A stretch of DNA of 50,335 bases, the filler included, from Catajapyx aquilonaris (taxonomy: Eukaryota): assembly GCA_000934665.2 (NCBI GenBank). It is 2 parts of 2 records of this genome, joined end to end, with 100 filler letters (N's around TTAATTAATTAA, not from the genome) between each part and the next. Parts side by side here need not be neighbours in the genome. Positions count along the whole stretch, not along the records: positions 25,330 to 50,335 come from JYFJ02005429.1; 1 more part is not named here. One strand, 5' to 3'. Below are positions 35,801 to 48,717 of the stretch, piece after piece (position 1 is the stretch's first letter; every line of letters starts with the position of its first letter). The position numbers were made by a program, and so were the translations under genes. The notes beneath the pieces were generated by a model. That model had not been told where the DNA came from and ran no database searches. It saw nothing but the letters and a program-made list of their open reading frames with translations.

Positions 35801-36752
35801 GGACCTACTCATAATATAGTTAAAAACGAGAACATGCGGATTTTGGGGGGCGGCAAAACTTGCATGAAGGTGTTCTTAAAATAATCCAGAGCTCATCAGT
35901 GCAGTGTGAAACCTGTATGTGAGCATGAATTATTAAAGCATGAATTACACAGGGTGGTCTGTAACCCCAGGGTATATAATGGGAAGGGCTATTCCTTGAC
36001 CCATATTTTTATTTTTGGCGAGGGACGTCTGGTAGTCAATTGCTGATGTCCCCATATTGTAAAGGTCATTTTTTTTCAATAAATCAATATATGTACACAT
36101 GGCGATTGTGTCATTGTTTTCACTTTGGTTCTGACAATACTAGCTCTTAGAATACCGAGCCAAAGCGATTGGCATATATTGAACTAATAGTTGACAGCAT
36201 TGGCTTTAAAATTAGTTTCATTCCCCAACTAGTTGCATGATTTACGACACCTATTTTTTTTTTACAAACCCCGCAGTCCGGGCCACAAGCCACCTTCCTG
36301 ACACCTCACCTTATTTACTACCCGACAACCCTAAAACCACTTACATCCAGTTAGAATCAAATTAAACGTAGCGATCCGCACGTTCCATCCCCCGAAAGGT
36401 ATGCAACCACACGCTACAAAATATTCGGCACCATTCTGCGGTTTTTTGTGGAGTTAGAAAGACGAGTCGTACAAACTTTGGTACCTTCCCATCTGACCTG
36501 ATTTACTACCTTTTGGGGTTGAGGGGGAAGTAGTACACTCCCCCCTTCTTCCTAGACCATAACCCACCCCCACCCCCCCCTCCCCTCCTGCACCCATGAA
36601 AAAGGGTCACACCCACCCAATCCCAATCGATCGAGTTCAATTCGGAAAGGTGGTCCCAGTGGAAAACTATTCAGAGCTCTCACCACAGGCACGCAAATCT
36701 GCTGCTTCGCTTGACCCGCATTTTCCGGGGTGTGCCCCGGGTGTAGTATATT

Positions 36753-36925
36753 ACACAGGGTGAGTCAAAATACTGGCCTAAAAAAGTCTGACATGTCTGA
36801 TTAAATGTCAAATGCGGCCACCCACATTGCACCTTATCCTGAAACATATACTGCCCTGGTTATCAATATTTCTAACCCTTTAACTTTAAAGAAGAAAAAA
36901 CAACAAGTACTGCCTCACCCTGTGT
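36753..36925. mobile_element. Small degenerate MITE with Tc1/mariner-like CAGGGTG ends
   Basis: 12-bp perfect inverted repeat ACACAGGGTGAG (36753-36764) / CTCACCCTGTGT (36914-36925). The TA target duplication is not intact. Confidence 0.4.
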
Positions 36926-39900
36926 CATGCAATGCCTATTATATTAATTAGAGCGGGTCACTGACTCATGCAAACACTTGATCGGAGATCGACATGAAAG
37001 GAGGGTTCAAGTACACTCTCGTAGGTGAACACTTGATGCGGTGTGCATCCGCCTTTAAAAGCCGATATGTTTGAAAATGCCCGATAGTTCGTCTGACTAT
37101 TGATTGGTAGTCTCTGCAACATTATCCTTATTAATAGACGGCGGATGTTGGATATTTATATTTTGAAAATTTAATAAATAGGAAGAAAGGAAAATGGTGT
37201 TATTTTTCCCGTTTTAGAGGCAAATTCGATATAAAAAAGAGAACCGACACCTGATTCATAAATAATTTGGGGCACTTCAGTTCAACAAACTTTCATTTGC
37301 ATATTTTATCATACACTCAGCCTGCCGGCTAAAATAAAGTACAAAAACTTCCAAAAAACGAAAACTTTTGGCCCCTCAGCATTCTATATCAAGGCACAAC
37401 GTCACGTCATCTAACTACACAAGTGCTGGTACGGCATTAACGAAGTTCATGACAGAAAAACCTTGCACTCTCAGAGAGTCGTTGTTACATGTACAGCATA
37501 TTTAAAAATAGGCAGCAAATTATGTAGATATTCACATTTTCTTCTTAGTGTGAATTGGTACAACCATCCCAGAGCCATACGAGCGAATCGAGTGTTTTCA
37601 AGACAAAGGAGCGAAGCGAGTGTTTTCTATAGAACAGGCTTAAAATCTGAACTCCAGGCTCCTTTCATATTATTCTTCATCTGACGTGATAATCGTATCA
37701 ATCTCACGCACAAAAGGTGTTTCCAACAATCAATATCTTCCCCCCAAAATTTCAGCACCCCGAGAGTTCCCCCTGCCAAAAACATCAAAAAAAATATATA
37801 TATTTTTTCAAATCCATCCCTGAAAAATCCTCCATCCTTTTAACCAACCCCTCGTCATCCATTGTCCCAGACTCGCAATCCCACTGATTAATTCATACAC
37901 TGGAGACAGCGATAATCTCCGGTAGGGGAAATCCAAACCAGGGGGTGCCTTTATAATACTTGTATCAGCACTCCGGTGTTGTATAATCACCCCTCCGGTA
38001 CATCCTCCCTCGAATTCCGTCGTGTCTTGGTTGATATTGTCCATGTGTGCCCCCATGTGCTGGGAGCGAACCCAGGGGTGGATGGTGTCCCCCTAGGGTG
38101 CCCTAGACTTAACTAGAGTCTATGGGACGGACCGGTAAAATATCACTCTCCCAGCTCGCATTACAGGCCTTGGCTTGTGTTTGGGAGAGAAAGGGAAGTA
38201 CTGCAGATGCCAGAAATTTTCGTGTGCCAACGTTTTGTGCCCGTTTCGTGTTGCAGATTAAAAAAGGAGGGGGGGACGAAATATGAGAGAGAAAGAAAAA
38301 AAATACGTGGAGGCCAAGGTTCGCGGAACTATTGTGTTTGGGCGGTAAGAGGAAGTTCTTGCGACAGAGTTATGCAACGTCTACGCAACTTAAGCTGTTG
38401 AAATTGCTGGATGGCATTCCACAGGCAGAGGTCACAAACACGACTGTACTGGGAGGTCTAGTAAGAAACGAAAACAACTGTGTGTTTTGTATCACCCTGT
38501 AGGCCTATAGGATTCAGGACCTATTACAAGTCAGCCTGGTGGAATAACCTGTGACTATGTTAAATACACCCCAGCAGGTACAGTATGTATACAAGGGCAT
38601 GGCTGGACAACTTTTCAGCAGGTTGGCTTACATTCAGTAAGCCTACAGCCTACCTGTTGTGTCCTCATTATTATAGCATGTAAGCTTTTGACCCTATAGA
38701 AATTTTCGGCCGGTTAGACATGCCTAGGAAACCCGATTATTCGGTTCCGGTCGCTGCCTCCGTCCTTTCAGGTGTAAATACCATGAACGTATGAGATTAT
38801 ATAGCAGTGATTATTATTAGGCGCCGGACAACAATAAGCTGAACAGTATGCTACGGTGTAACTGCCTAAAATAATACTCTGCATATTGCAACATTTGAGT
38901 AAAAAATTTATTTCAAATATATTTTTATGCGAATTTGAATTGCATTCGTACATTCCCACGCTCAATTTTTGTTTGCTCTTGACCATGCAGACAGAATTAC
39001 GGCATGCCAAAGGTTATATGCAAATTTACGAATCCTGGTCTTACGAGGCATTACTCGTCCTCACTGATGCGCGGCGCAATTACTTTGTCGCGTTCTTTAC
39101 AGACCTTCCGGCACTAGAGAAATCCCCAGGATATACTTAAATTAGTGCAGCCGTAGCCAGGGCTCCCCGCACACAATATAATTAAATCCACATCAAAGCC
39201 CTCGTCTAACTTAACTCCTGATACTGCGCAGACCCCCCTTCCATATAACACGTATACCACACCTAGCAGGAAATGGCCAGTTTTGGATGCCTCCTCTCTC
39301 TCAGCCTCCTTCTCAGGTGGGCGTGTCGTTTGGAAATCCTCTCCCAGAATAATCATCAGGCAGCTCGGTCGTGCTCCATGTTTACGTAATGTCCTCCACT
39401 AATGAAGTACCGCCCAAACACCCTGGTCACTCCTGGAAACCTCTCTTCATCTTATTCGTGCACATCAAAGAGCAGTGGCCATTCGAGAGATTACTGCATT
39501 GCACTAATGAGGAAAGGGGTCCAGATATTAAGATGTTCTTGAATATAGTCGTGTAGATGAGAGAAAATCAATTCAGGCATAAGCTGTTTTCTGTTCGGCT
39601 TTCGAGGAATCTTCATTGAGTCTTGCTGGGTGCGTTTCAAGTGCGGTGAGTATATACCAACTTCGGAGGAGGGGTCTGAATATTGTATGCGTGCTTGAAG
39701 CTGCTTGGAACTCGGGAGGATTTGCCGCAACACTGAGCTAACTATTCGGTATAGTTTAATAAACTGGCTGCAGCCTGCAGGATGTAGAGAGAACTTGCAA
39801 TTTATATATAAGTTGACTTTTGCAAAAAAAAATGGGCAAAGTGCAGATTTTCATATACATAGCCTGGTTAATGTTAGTCTTTCTGCCAGGTAGTTGGAAA

Positions 39901-42900
39901 TATGCAGGATGTACAGGGGTTGCAGGATGATAATTTGGCAGGTTGTGGCGAAAGTTGTAACATGGTGTGCAGTAATAAATATTCAGGTTGATCTAACCTA
40001 TATTTACTTAGTTTTACATGTAAAAGTAGCCTCCGGCCTCAACTCGTGGCAACCTCGGCGAAGTTAAAACTACTTAATAGTGCATTTAAAAATAGCAAAA
40101 ATTAGAGTTACTCGGAACAAACTCTACCATGTGAATTTATTTTCCACATTTTATATTAAAGACTGAGTAAACGTATAGCCTACTTTCTATACACTGTAGA
40201 TCTGAAAGGATGTGTTTGTCTAGCCTACTAGGTATAGACATGCTGACTGTTAGTGCCTATCCAGAAGGATCTGAAATCGAAACTTAAGACCTGGAGAACG
40301 TGGCAGGATAAAAGCCGCATTAGCCTGAAGTCAATCTGCTGTACAATCACCGTGTACAAATCTAATCCTAGGCTTGTAAATAGAGCAAGAGGGTTTGGAG
40401 CCTGTATATATAGCTTCTGTTAGCCCTCAATTCGGAATTTATCCAAAACTCCGAAGGATTATAGATAATCCAAAATTACCAACTGCAGAATTAAACATTC
40501 CAGTGATGGTTATACTGCAAGCTGAAGAGCTATTCGTTGCCTTGTTAAAAGTACCTGTAGCTACAAATAAAATTTTAATCAAAGTCAAGATGTTCCCCAG
40601 GAATTCAATTTTACATGCTTATTAACATAACCCTCCCTCCCCCCTCACCAAAACCCACAGTAAAAAATAAGAAAAGTCATCTAGCATCAGATTACAGATA
40701 CGTCTAGAAAATCAGACGCTCCTCTCAGCTCTTACCTTTTAATATTACAACCTAAAATGTGCATTTTGGCGTGTTTGGTAGAGAACTGGGTAAACACGCG
40801 CCGTTTGACAGGGCCCAGACCCAGGCAAACATTTGCAGCGACCTCGACAAACACAGTATAAGTTAACTTGTGCCAGAAGAGGTACAGAGGATAAGCCTTC
40901 GCCCGCCTCAGGATATTACATTGGCACTTCCGTCAAGAAGTGTCAAGGGCACTGCTGTAATACCCACGAAAAAACTCATCCAAAATAATGTGAGGGTTTT
41001 TCCATAGTTGCATAGTTTCTCATTAGCTACAAGCAGCAAGTTTCTTACTTGAAAAAGACCCAGCAGAGCTAACGAGTTCATCAACACCAGAGCCACCTGT
41101 AGGCTACCGTGTCGCCGCCAGACGCCTCGGAGGCAACCGCAGGAAGGTATACACAGCCCCAGGCAACCGCCTAAAACCCTCCTGACACAAAAATCGCAAA
41201 TGAACGGTGCTGTGGAGGGTTCACTGCACCTTAATTTCCACCTTGGATGCACCGCCTTGTGTCACTTCCCTCACGTCCAAAAGCCTCCCAATACAGGCAA
41301 CGTCCATCACAATATAGAGTGACGTCGGGCTGATTAATGGAAGCCAGATATTGCACAGAGGCACAGGTACACCCTGGTAATGGAAGCCACGTCGTCTTCA
41401 ACCCTAGGCTCCGTCACACACCTCCTCGTCATCTGTTCCTGTCACGACACCTCCCCCTGAAGATAGTGAACCACCAAATGGAAACTTGAAGCGACTAGCA
41501 TTTCAAACTCCTGGTGTTGCCTATGACAACGCCTTACTTTTATTTTTTGTCTGTGTCAGCCACCAAGCAACAGGCGGCCATCTTGGTGATTCATTGCCCT
41601 TTTCTAGGGGCTCTGACAGTCGGCGTCGCTTTGTCACCCTCGGTGTCAATACGGGGGCAAGATGGTGGATTGTTTCCAGAATTGGATCGCTTCCAGTAAA
41701 TTCCCTTCGGTAAGTTTCTGCACCGAATTGCCAAGGAGGTACAGGCCAACGTTAAGTGTCACTTTGACGAGACCTCTCCGGTTCAATATTGGGGCAAGAC
41801 AGACTCGGCGAAGCGGAGTTAATAAATGCGTAAGTCCTTGAGGGGGTGAATAGCTTAATTAGATTATAATTGAAGGCTCGTGCGGAAGGCGCAGTTTGAT
41901 GACCTTATAGTCGACGCTTGATTTCAGACCTTAGGTGTGTTGCATTTCATGGTGGAGTTGAGATTCGATGAAGGGGTATACAGGAAATTGCCCCGAAGCT
42001 TTCCGCGTTGAAAGTGTAAGCCGAATGTAAACCGTGGACAAAAATCACATTTGAGATGTAACAAAAAAGGAAATAAAGAAATCGATTGTTGTAACACCTT
42101 GGGCCAAGTAGTGGAATTACATCGGCCAATAACCCGAGTTATCAATATTGGCTTTTATGAATCCGATATTACCGGACCTATACTCTTCGGATTTTTACAA
42201 CACTGACTGTGAGAGGCACCACCAATAAACAGTTCAAGAGAAATAAGTCAGAGATTGCATAATTTAAACTTCGTTAAGGGCATGGTTTCTTATAGGCACA
42301 TTAATGGAACCGAAGTATACATGACTCCCAGCAGGATTGAACTGAAAATTGTGCCCGACCACAATTTGGCAAAAAAATAGCGCAGAAATTATTTTGTAGT
42401 GTTGGCATTCCGAATGGCACGAAGTTGTTTATTATGTGTGAATAGGAACAGTGCCGTAATTGTACTGCACAAAATCCCAACAATCAGGATGTATGTCGCG
42501 ATTTTCAGTTTTTTTTTGTTCATGAGTCATGACAAATATTTACATGGAAGGTCGGAAAATAGCCTCTAGGAGTAAGCCAAGCGCTACGAGAAAATACTGT
42601 ATACTGTACATCTGTTGTTGTTGTTTTTCTCTCGCTTCGTAATCCCTTGAATATATATACCTGTAACAGCAACGGTAACACAAAAATTAACATTGTAGAA
42701 TTGACATTACATGCGAACACTTATGCAGATTATATCAGGCATATTTGAGTAAATGCTCATATAGCCACAGTAGCCTGCTGCATCAAATTTAAGATTTTAG
42801 CCCATTATTTAAATTACTACTTGCTGCACACAAAATTTAAAATATATATGATTTCAAACAATTTCTTTAAATATGTTCACCAAATATGCGCAATATCACA

Positions 42901-45240
42901 TAATTCTGTCCTGCATATAATTTGCATAATTGAAATATCCCAGATTTCTCTAATTAAAAATTTGTAGCGAATTAATGACTTAGATTTTCTTTTAAATTCT
43001 GCCAAATCTTTCAGGTGTAAAACTACCCCAAAACCCGCACTAATTACCTTCCTTTAAGCTTTTTTGAAGGGCGTCCATGCTTTAAACGCCACCTGCTCTC
43101 GACACGTTTTTAAAGTCACGCAAGTCTCGTTTTTTGGTAGTTTTTCAGATAGTATCGCGTCCGCAAATTATTCGGCTGCCGAGCCACCCCCGCCTAGATT
43201 AGATTGATGCTAGATTTTAGAAGCTGACTATACGAGCCGCCTCATACGTTACACTTCCCCGGCCCAAAAACCGCCGCCTCCACTTTTAATCCAGTCCGCA
43301 ATTTCCCTTCAAAATTGAGTCTGGAAGGCTTGCTGCTGTTGGAAATGTGATCACGGAGAAGGAAGTTTCCAACCCAACCTCCCCGAAATATATATATGGA
43401 GGAGGAAAAAAAAAAATCCCAGCTTCCACGAATTCCTATCTCTTTATCAGGTCCCTCGATATCTGGAAATCCTAGCCCTTTTCCACCTGTAGCGTCTCTC
43501 AACGGCGGCCAATGCGGAAATGCAGATATTACGAATGAATTTTGATGCGAGCAATCAGGTTTTCAGGGTATTTTTGCATTATCGGTCCTTGCCTTTTCAT
43601 ATCTAGAGAGAGAAGGGTGGGAAAAAATATATATTCATGGAGTGATTGCAATATGCATGGTGGTTGTTTCAGTCTGAAATTGGTTTGAATTAATCTAATG
43701 TGGCCTATATATTATCAATGGGAAAACACTGCAATGCTATGTACAATACGAGGGAGTTTTACCGGCTGTATGAACATAAACTGAAAAGCAAAATGTACTA
43801 TATGGCGATTCCAAAATGCCCGCAGGTTATAGTGCAATATACTTTTGTTTCACATCATTATCTCTCCGTTATTTTAGCAAGCGCCAGATTTTCCATTATC
43901 ACAAATTTCCCAACAATTACGGTTGGGCACATTCGGTTCAACTCAAACATTATATTTAAAAAATACATAATAGAAGTAACAGAAATTTCGACAATTGAAA
44001 ATGACCTCCCCCCCCCCCAAAAAAAAAGCATTAGGTAGACTACTATTTCAAGTGACCCACTCAAAAAAAAATTGGAGGCTTCATGCAGCGGCAGTACTTC
44101 AAAAAGATAGGGGGTATCAATAACATTATGGAGTGGAAATAAAATGCCAAGGAAGTCATTGGTCTATACGGTTGACAAGTGGGAATCCTGTTTTCCTTTA
44201 GGTTTTAAGTTCCGGTTGAGTTATTGAAAAACCATCGCAAACACAGACACTTGTCAACTTTAACATTTTGCAAAGCGAGACACCGCACCCGTGGGACTTG
44301 TGTCAGTCCTGCGGAAACGTGCCACTTACCCAGCAGAGCACTTCCATATAGTCATTGCCAAATGGTCGCACTAGAAAAAAATTATGATGGAAATTTCAAC
44401 TTCAAAGATACTGAGAAACGGTACTAGAAATGCCAACGGGATTTTATTTATGTTAACCTAACCTATAATTAGACCCCAATTAACTATTTTTAATTTTATT
44501 TAGAACTACTGATGTGTATTCACGGTAATGTTTCTTTGGAGACCTTTACGTTTTCCTGACTGCGAGGACGAACGAAATTTTTAAGATCAGATATGAGCTA
44601 TTTTAGGAAGAAGATGAGATGTGAAATCAGTCGTAAAAGGCCGATATGCACTCACGACTGATTTCATTTCATTCAAATATCGGATGAAACTCAATGAAAG
44701 GGCAAAGTTCAATTTCAGTGAAAATCTTATACAAGAAGCACTTCAGTCATTATTACACTGAATTGAGCATATGCTTCAGAACAAAAGATAGCCTGAAAAA
44801 TCCATCAGAGAGAAGAGACAACCACATAAAATAACATTAGCCTGCAAAATACATATTTTCTACATTTTCTACTTCTTTGATGGATGCCCCAATCTAACCT
44901 GAGAACTCTTATTTCAGATAGTCTTTCCAATTTTCCTTATCACATGCAGTTTTCTTGCAATGAGAATATGATAATTTGATTAAATACTACAATTACATAA
45001 GATCATAATAAAAATTACATTTCATTTGATTTCAAGAAGAAATGCCAAGAACACTTTCGGTACGTATGTAGCCGGCCAGTTTCCTTATTAGCTTTGACTA
45101 TTTATTTGACAAAAAATATTTATGCCCCTAGTGCACATTAGAGATTATTTTCTGTTATTGTTCAATACTCTTGGTACGATTTGAATAATTTATTTGTTTG
45201 ATNCCCCCCCCCCATAACGGCCATCGGCCGGAGAACGGGG

Positions 45241-45279
<39 letters not shown>

Positions 45280-45281
45280 AT
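45241..45281 (+). repeat. (TAAA)10 microsatellite, possibly a retroposon 3' tail
   Basis: Directly visible. Preceded by a short GC-rich stretch and a poly-C run with an N. Confidence 0.9.
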
Positions 45282-45302
45282 AGTATACTGTATACTCAAA
45301 TC

Positions 45303-45438
45303 ATTACACTGTCCTTGCAAAAAAATAAATAAATACGTGATACAGAAAAATGGAGCGCAGATCCGAAATCAGCACATTTGGTTAGGTTATGTCACTCATC
45401 AAACCCTGTGCCGAAAAATCATTTCAGAATAGTGTAAT
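45303..45438. mobile_element. Short non-autonomous DNA-transposon-like element (Chapaev3-like ends)
   Basis: Ends ATTACACT / AGTGTAAT, i.e. CACT...AGTG flanked by TTA/TAA, with internal GCAGATCCGAAATCAGCAC. The family assignment is from memory only. Confidence 0.35.
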
Positions 45439-48400
45439 TAGTGTTAACTGACTCAATTGCCAGAGAAATTACATGCCTCTGAGGCCAATGCGATTCAAAA
45501 GCTGAACTTGTTCATATAAAAAATAAAAATAAAACGAGAGTTGTAAAACCCTCCAACTCCATTGCTCGTAGAAGCCAAGAAAAAAACGTGTAACTCCTCT
45601 GGCACTACTTGATTCAAACCCTCCGAACATACGGTCATCCCCTCAGAAGTACGATATTAAACCGCAGCCCCTGCAATAAAACCGAGGGTCTCAAAATTAA
45701 TAACCCTCTCGCGTAATTGATTTTGCGACTTTGAAAATTTTCGGCTCCCGGTACTTAAAAAATATTTTTATTTTTTTGTCGCCTTCTTCCATCGCAATGT
45801 ATAAAGACGAGAGGTGCAATTACGAGGCCTTTTGTAGTCGAGAGGCCAAGAAAAAGAAGGAGAAACCGCAAGCTGCAAGAAAGTGGCCCATCTCATCTTT
45901 TGATCGCAGGATAGGCGCCATCCTGAGGGCTTATTTTGCTTTTATTAGGATGCTCCAGCGCCGTTTCTGACGTCCCCACCAACTATCAGGACACGTGACG
46001 CGAATTCACTACAGGCTTCTTCACGACTCCCTAAAGGTTTTCTCACATTGAATCCGACCCAGACCTGCTGTAGAAAAGAAGAAACTATCGAGATTTTTGT
46101 TTCATTGGGTATTATGCTGCAAATGACGTACAGTAATGCCTGATGGTGGTGGCAGGTGGCGTGTGGAAAATCCCAGTTTGTGTCAGGTTTTAACGGTAAC
46201 CATGGCTAAAATCGAGTCTGAACTGTCACATACAAGCAAACTATAGGATGGCGTACAATGCGCTGTGCTATAATGTATAACATCTGTCAGGCACATGCTA
46301 CACGGTGACTGTTGTTCAGTTAGTTTGTTTACATGATGCAACCATCTGACAGGTCGACACACACTGTATGTAATTAGTTAGTGCATGTGCTGTTTTAATA
46401 TTGTAAACTACTGTGAACTAAATGCCACAAGGTCAGAATCATTACATGGGGCAGGCCTGACAGGCAGTGGCAATGTTTTTGTTGATAAAATTCAGCAATT
46501 AGGCATGTGTATATAAACTAAATTTTTAGGCCCTAATTATGTTGTTTCCAACAGTGTACAAAGTAAATATAAATATAATAAATGCCCTGCAAAAATTCCT
46601 GAATTTTGAAAGACGTGACTTTAATTTGAATATGCAGTACATAGTGGTGACCATACATTTAATGGCTTTCATTAGTGAAATTGCACAGCCCGTTGGGAAA
46701 TAATTCATGTCAGGTGACAAAAAACCACTCGATGTCACGAGATGTCCCTGGTACGATATAGCGCTGTGTTCATAAAGTAACACATTATCACTGATTCTAA
46801 TTGTGCCAGGTGAAATATTGTGATGTATTTGATGGTGCTTTCTGCCAGATGAAACACGTCGTTCTTTTCTCACTCGAACTATTAGTTTCTTGTTTACTAT
46901 TTTTTGACAAAATAATTACCGCATGGAAGGATCTATATTAAGCACAAAAATTTGCATCAAATGTGAGTGACTAATACAGATTCCTATGTCGGACAGTTTC
47001 CTCGGTCAAACTGACATATAGGAAAAGAAAACAGGAACATGTAATATTCAGAACAAAGGTCAACCGTCTAAAAGAGCCAGGAGATAGACCAAAAGACAAA
47101 AAAAAGTAATAAATGGAAAAAAAAGAAGTTGAAAAGTTCCCAACTCCAAAAGTTCACAAGCAAAGGCCCCCCCCCCCAAAGGCTCAGTAAAACGGCCACT
47201 ATTTAAGCACTGAATAATGAGTCATGTGCATATATAGTGAATCATCCTAATTAACTTGAAAAATGAGTATTTTAACTGAAAATAAAAAGTCACTTTTTGA
47301 TCACTCTTGAATTAGGCAACATATAATCTTTGACGCGTACTTTCTGATCGTGAAGGCCATTTTCTGACAAAAACTAACAGTTACGTAAATGAGTGTTTGA
47401 AAGATGAATGAGAGCTAACGCAATCTTCAAATTAATGTCAAGCTGTCATATCTCAAAATCAATCCAATGTGACTCGGACATTTCTTCAGAGGTTCAAAAA
47501 TCCGAGACACGTTAATTAATTTCGCTGGACGTATTTATTACTCCAATCAACATTAATAACGTCATCGTTAAGTTATGTAGAAATTTCAAATCACAAATAT
47601 TTGACTTTACTTGTAACCATCCATTGCTACACAATCAATATTCACAGCACAAAATCCTCCTCCAATAGTTTAAACTCGATCCCTTCAGTTTTATGACAAC
47701 GCAATCCGTCCTTTAAACGAAGCGTTAAAATATTGAATCTCGAGGAAGGAGGCCACAGGGAGTTTGGCAACCCCCCCTCCAGACATGACGGATAACGAAT
47801 CAAGCGCAATCATGTACACAATATGTACTGTACACCTTTCGGCGGTACAGAACTCGGCCGAAATTAATTACTGACACATTCGGGAGCTTTTAAACATCTC
47901 ATTAACTGCGTCCCACTTTGTCAACTTAACGGCTCTCTTGCAACTCATTTAGGCCTTTCGCGACTCAGAGGGCGTAAATCTGACACTGCCTCATTCATCC
48001 CCAGACTTCTTTTTTTTTCCTGCAAAAACCTGATGAGTCCTCCAGTCAAGGAAACGGTGGGTTCGCAGCGAAGATGATTTCAGTCATACGTGACCTGTAC
48101 GAATTACGTAATTCTCGGTGCATCCGGCTCTCAGAGTCAACCTGGTATCTTAGCAATGTAAATTGTTGTTAACAAGCAGCGTGCTCTTGCATTTAAAATT
48201 ATGCGGTGTTTGGCAACATATAGCTGTTTACATAGTCACGATTTCAATGTCTTGCCATTATAATACTGCTCATGTATAAATCAACCAGGAAATTATGACT
48301 GTACTTCTCTTTAAATTATATGATGAAATATCATCAGTGCAATATGTTTGAAATTATATGCCAAAACACCATCAATTTCACTAGTTATTTTGCTCAAAAT

Positions 48401-48666
48401 TCAAAATCAATTGCTGTGAATTCATTTTGAGAGAAATTTTGACTCAATATGAATGGAATGTAAAGAGAATGCCGAAAATAATTTCTATACAGTAGTTTCA
48501 TGGACAGTAAAATGTCTTATGAAATTCCTGAAACTTGTCGAACCCACACCTTCACTACTAATAGAACACACTGTAACTGCAGGTCAAACCACGTTTCCGA
48601 CAGCCCATAAAAAGTGCCACCGAACTGCCTACCTGATCCAACTACCAAAAATCACGTCAGTCCAGT

Positions 48667-48668
<2 letters not shown>

Positions 48669-48714
<46 letters not shown>
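48669..48714. repeat. (CA)23 microsatellite
   Basis: Directly visible. Confidence 0.97.

Positions 48715-48717
<3 letters not shown>

Noticed and set aside
48454..48466. TGGAATGTAAAGA, identical to the first 13 nt of miR-1
   Set aside because: The 3' part diverges from miR-1 and there is no complementary 5' arm upstream to form a precursor hairpin.
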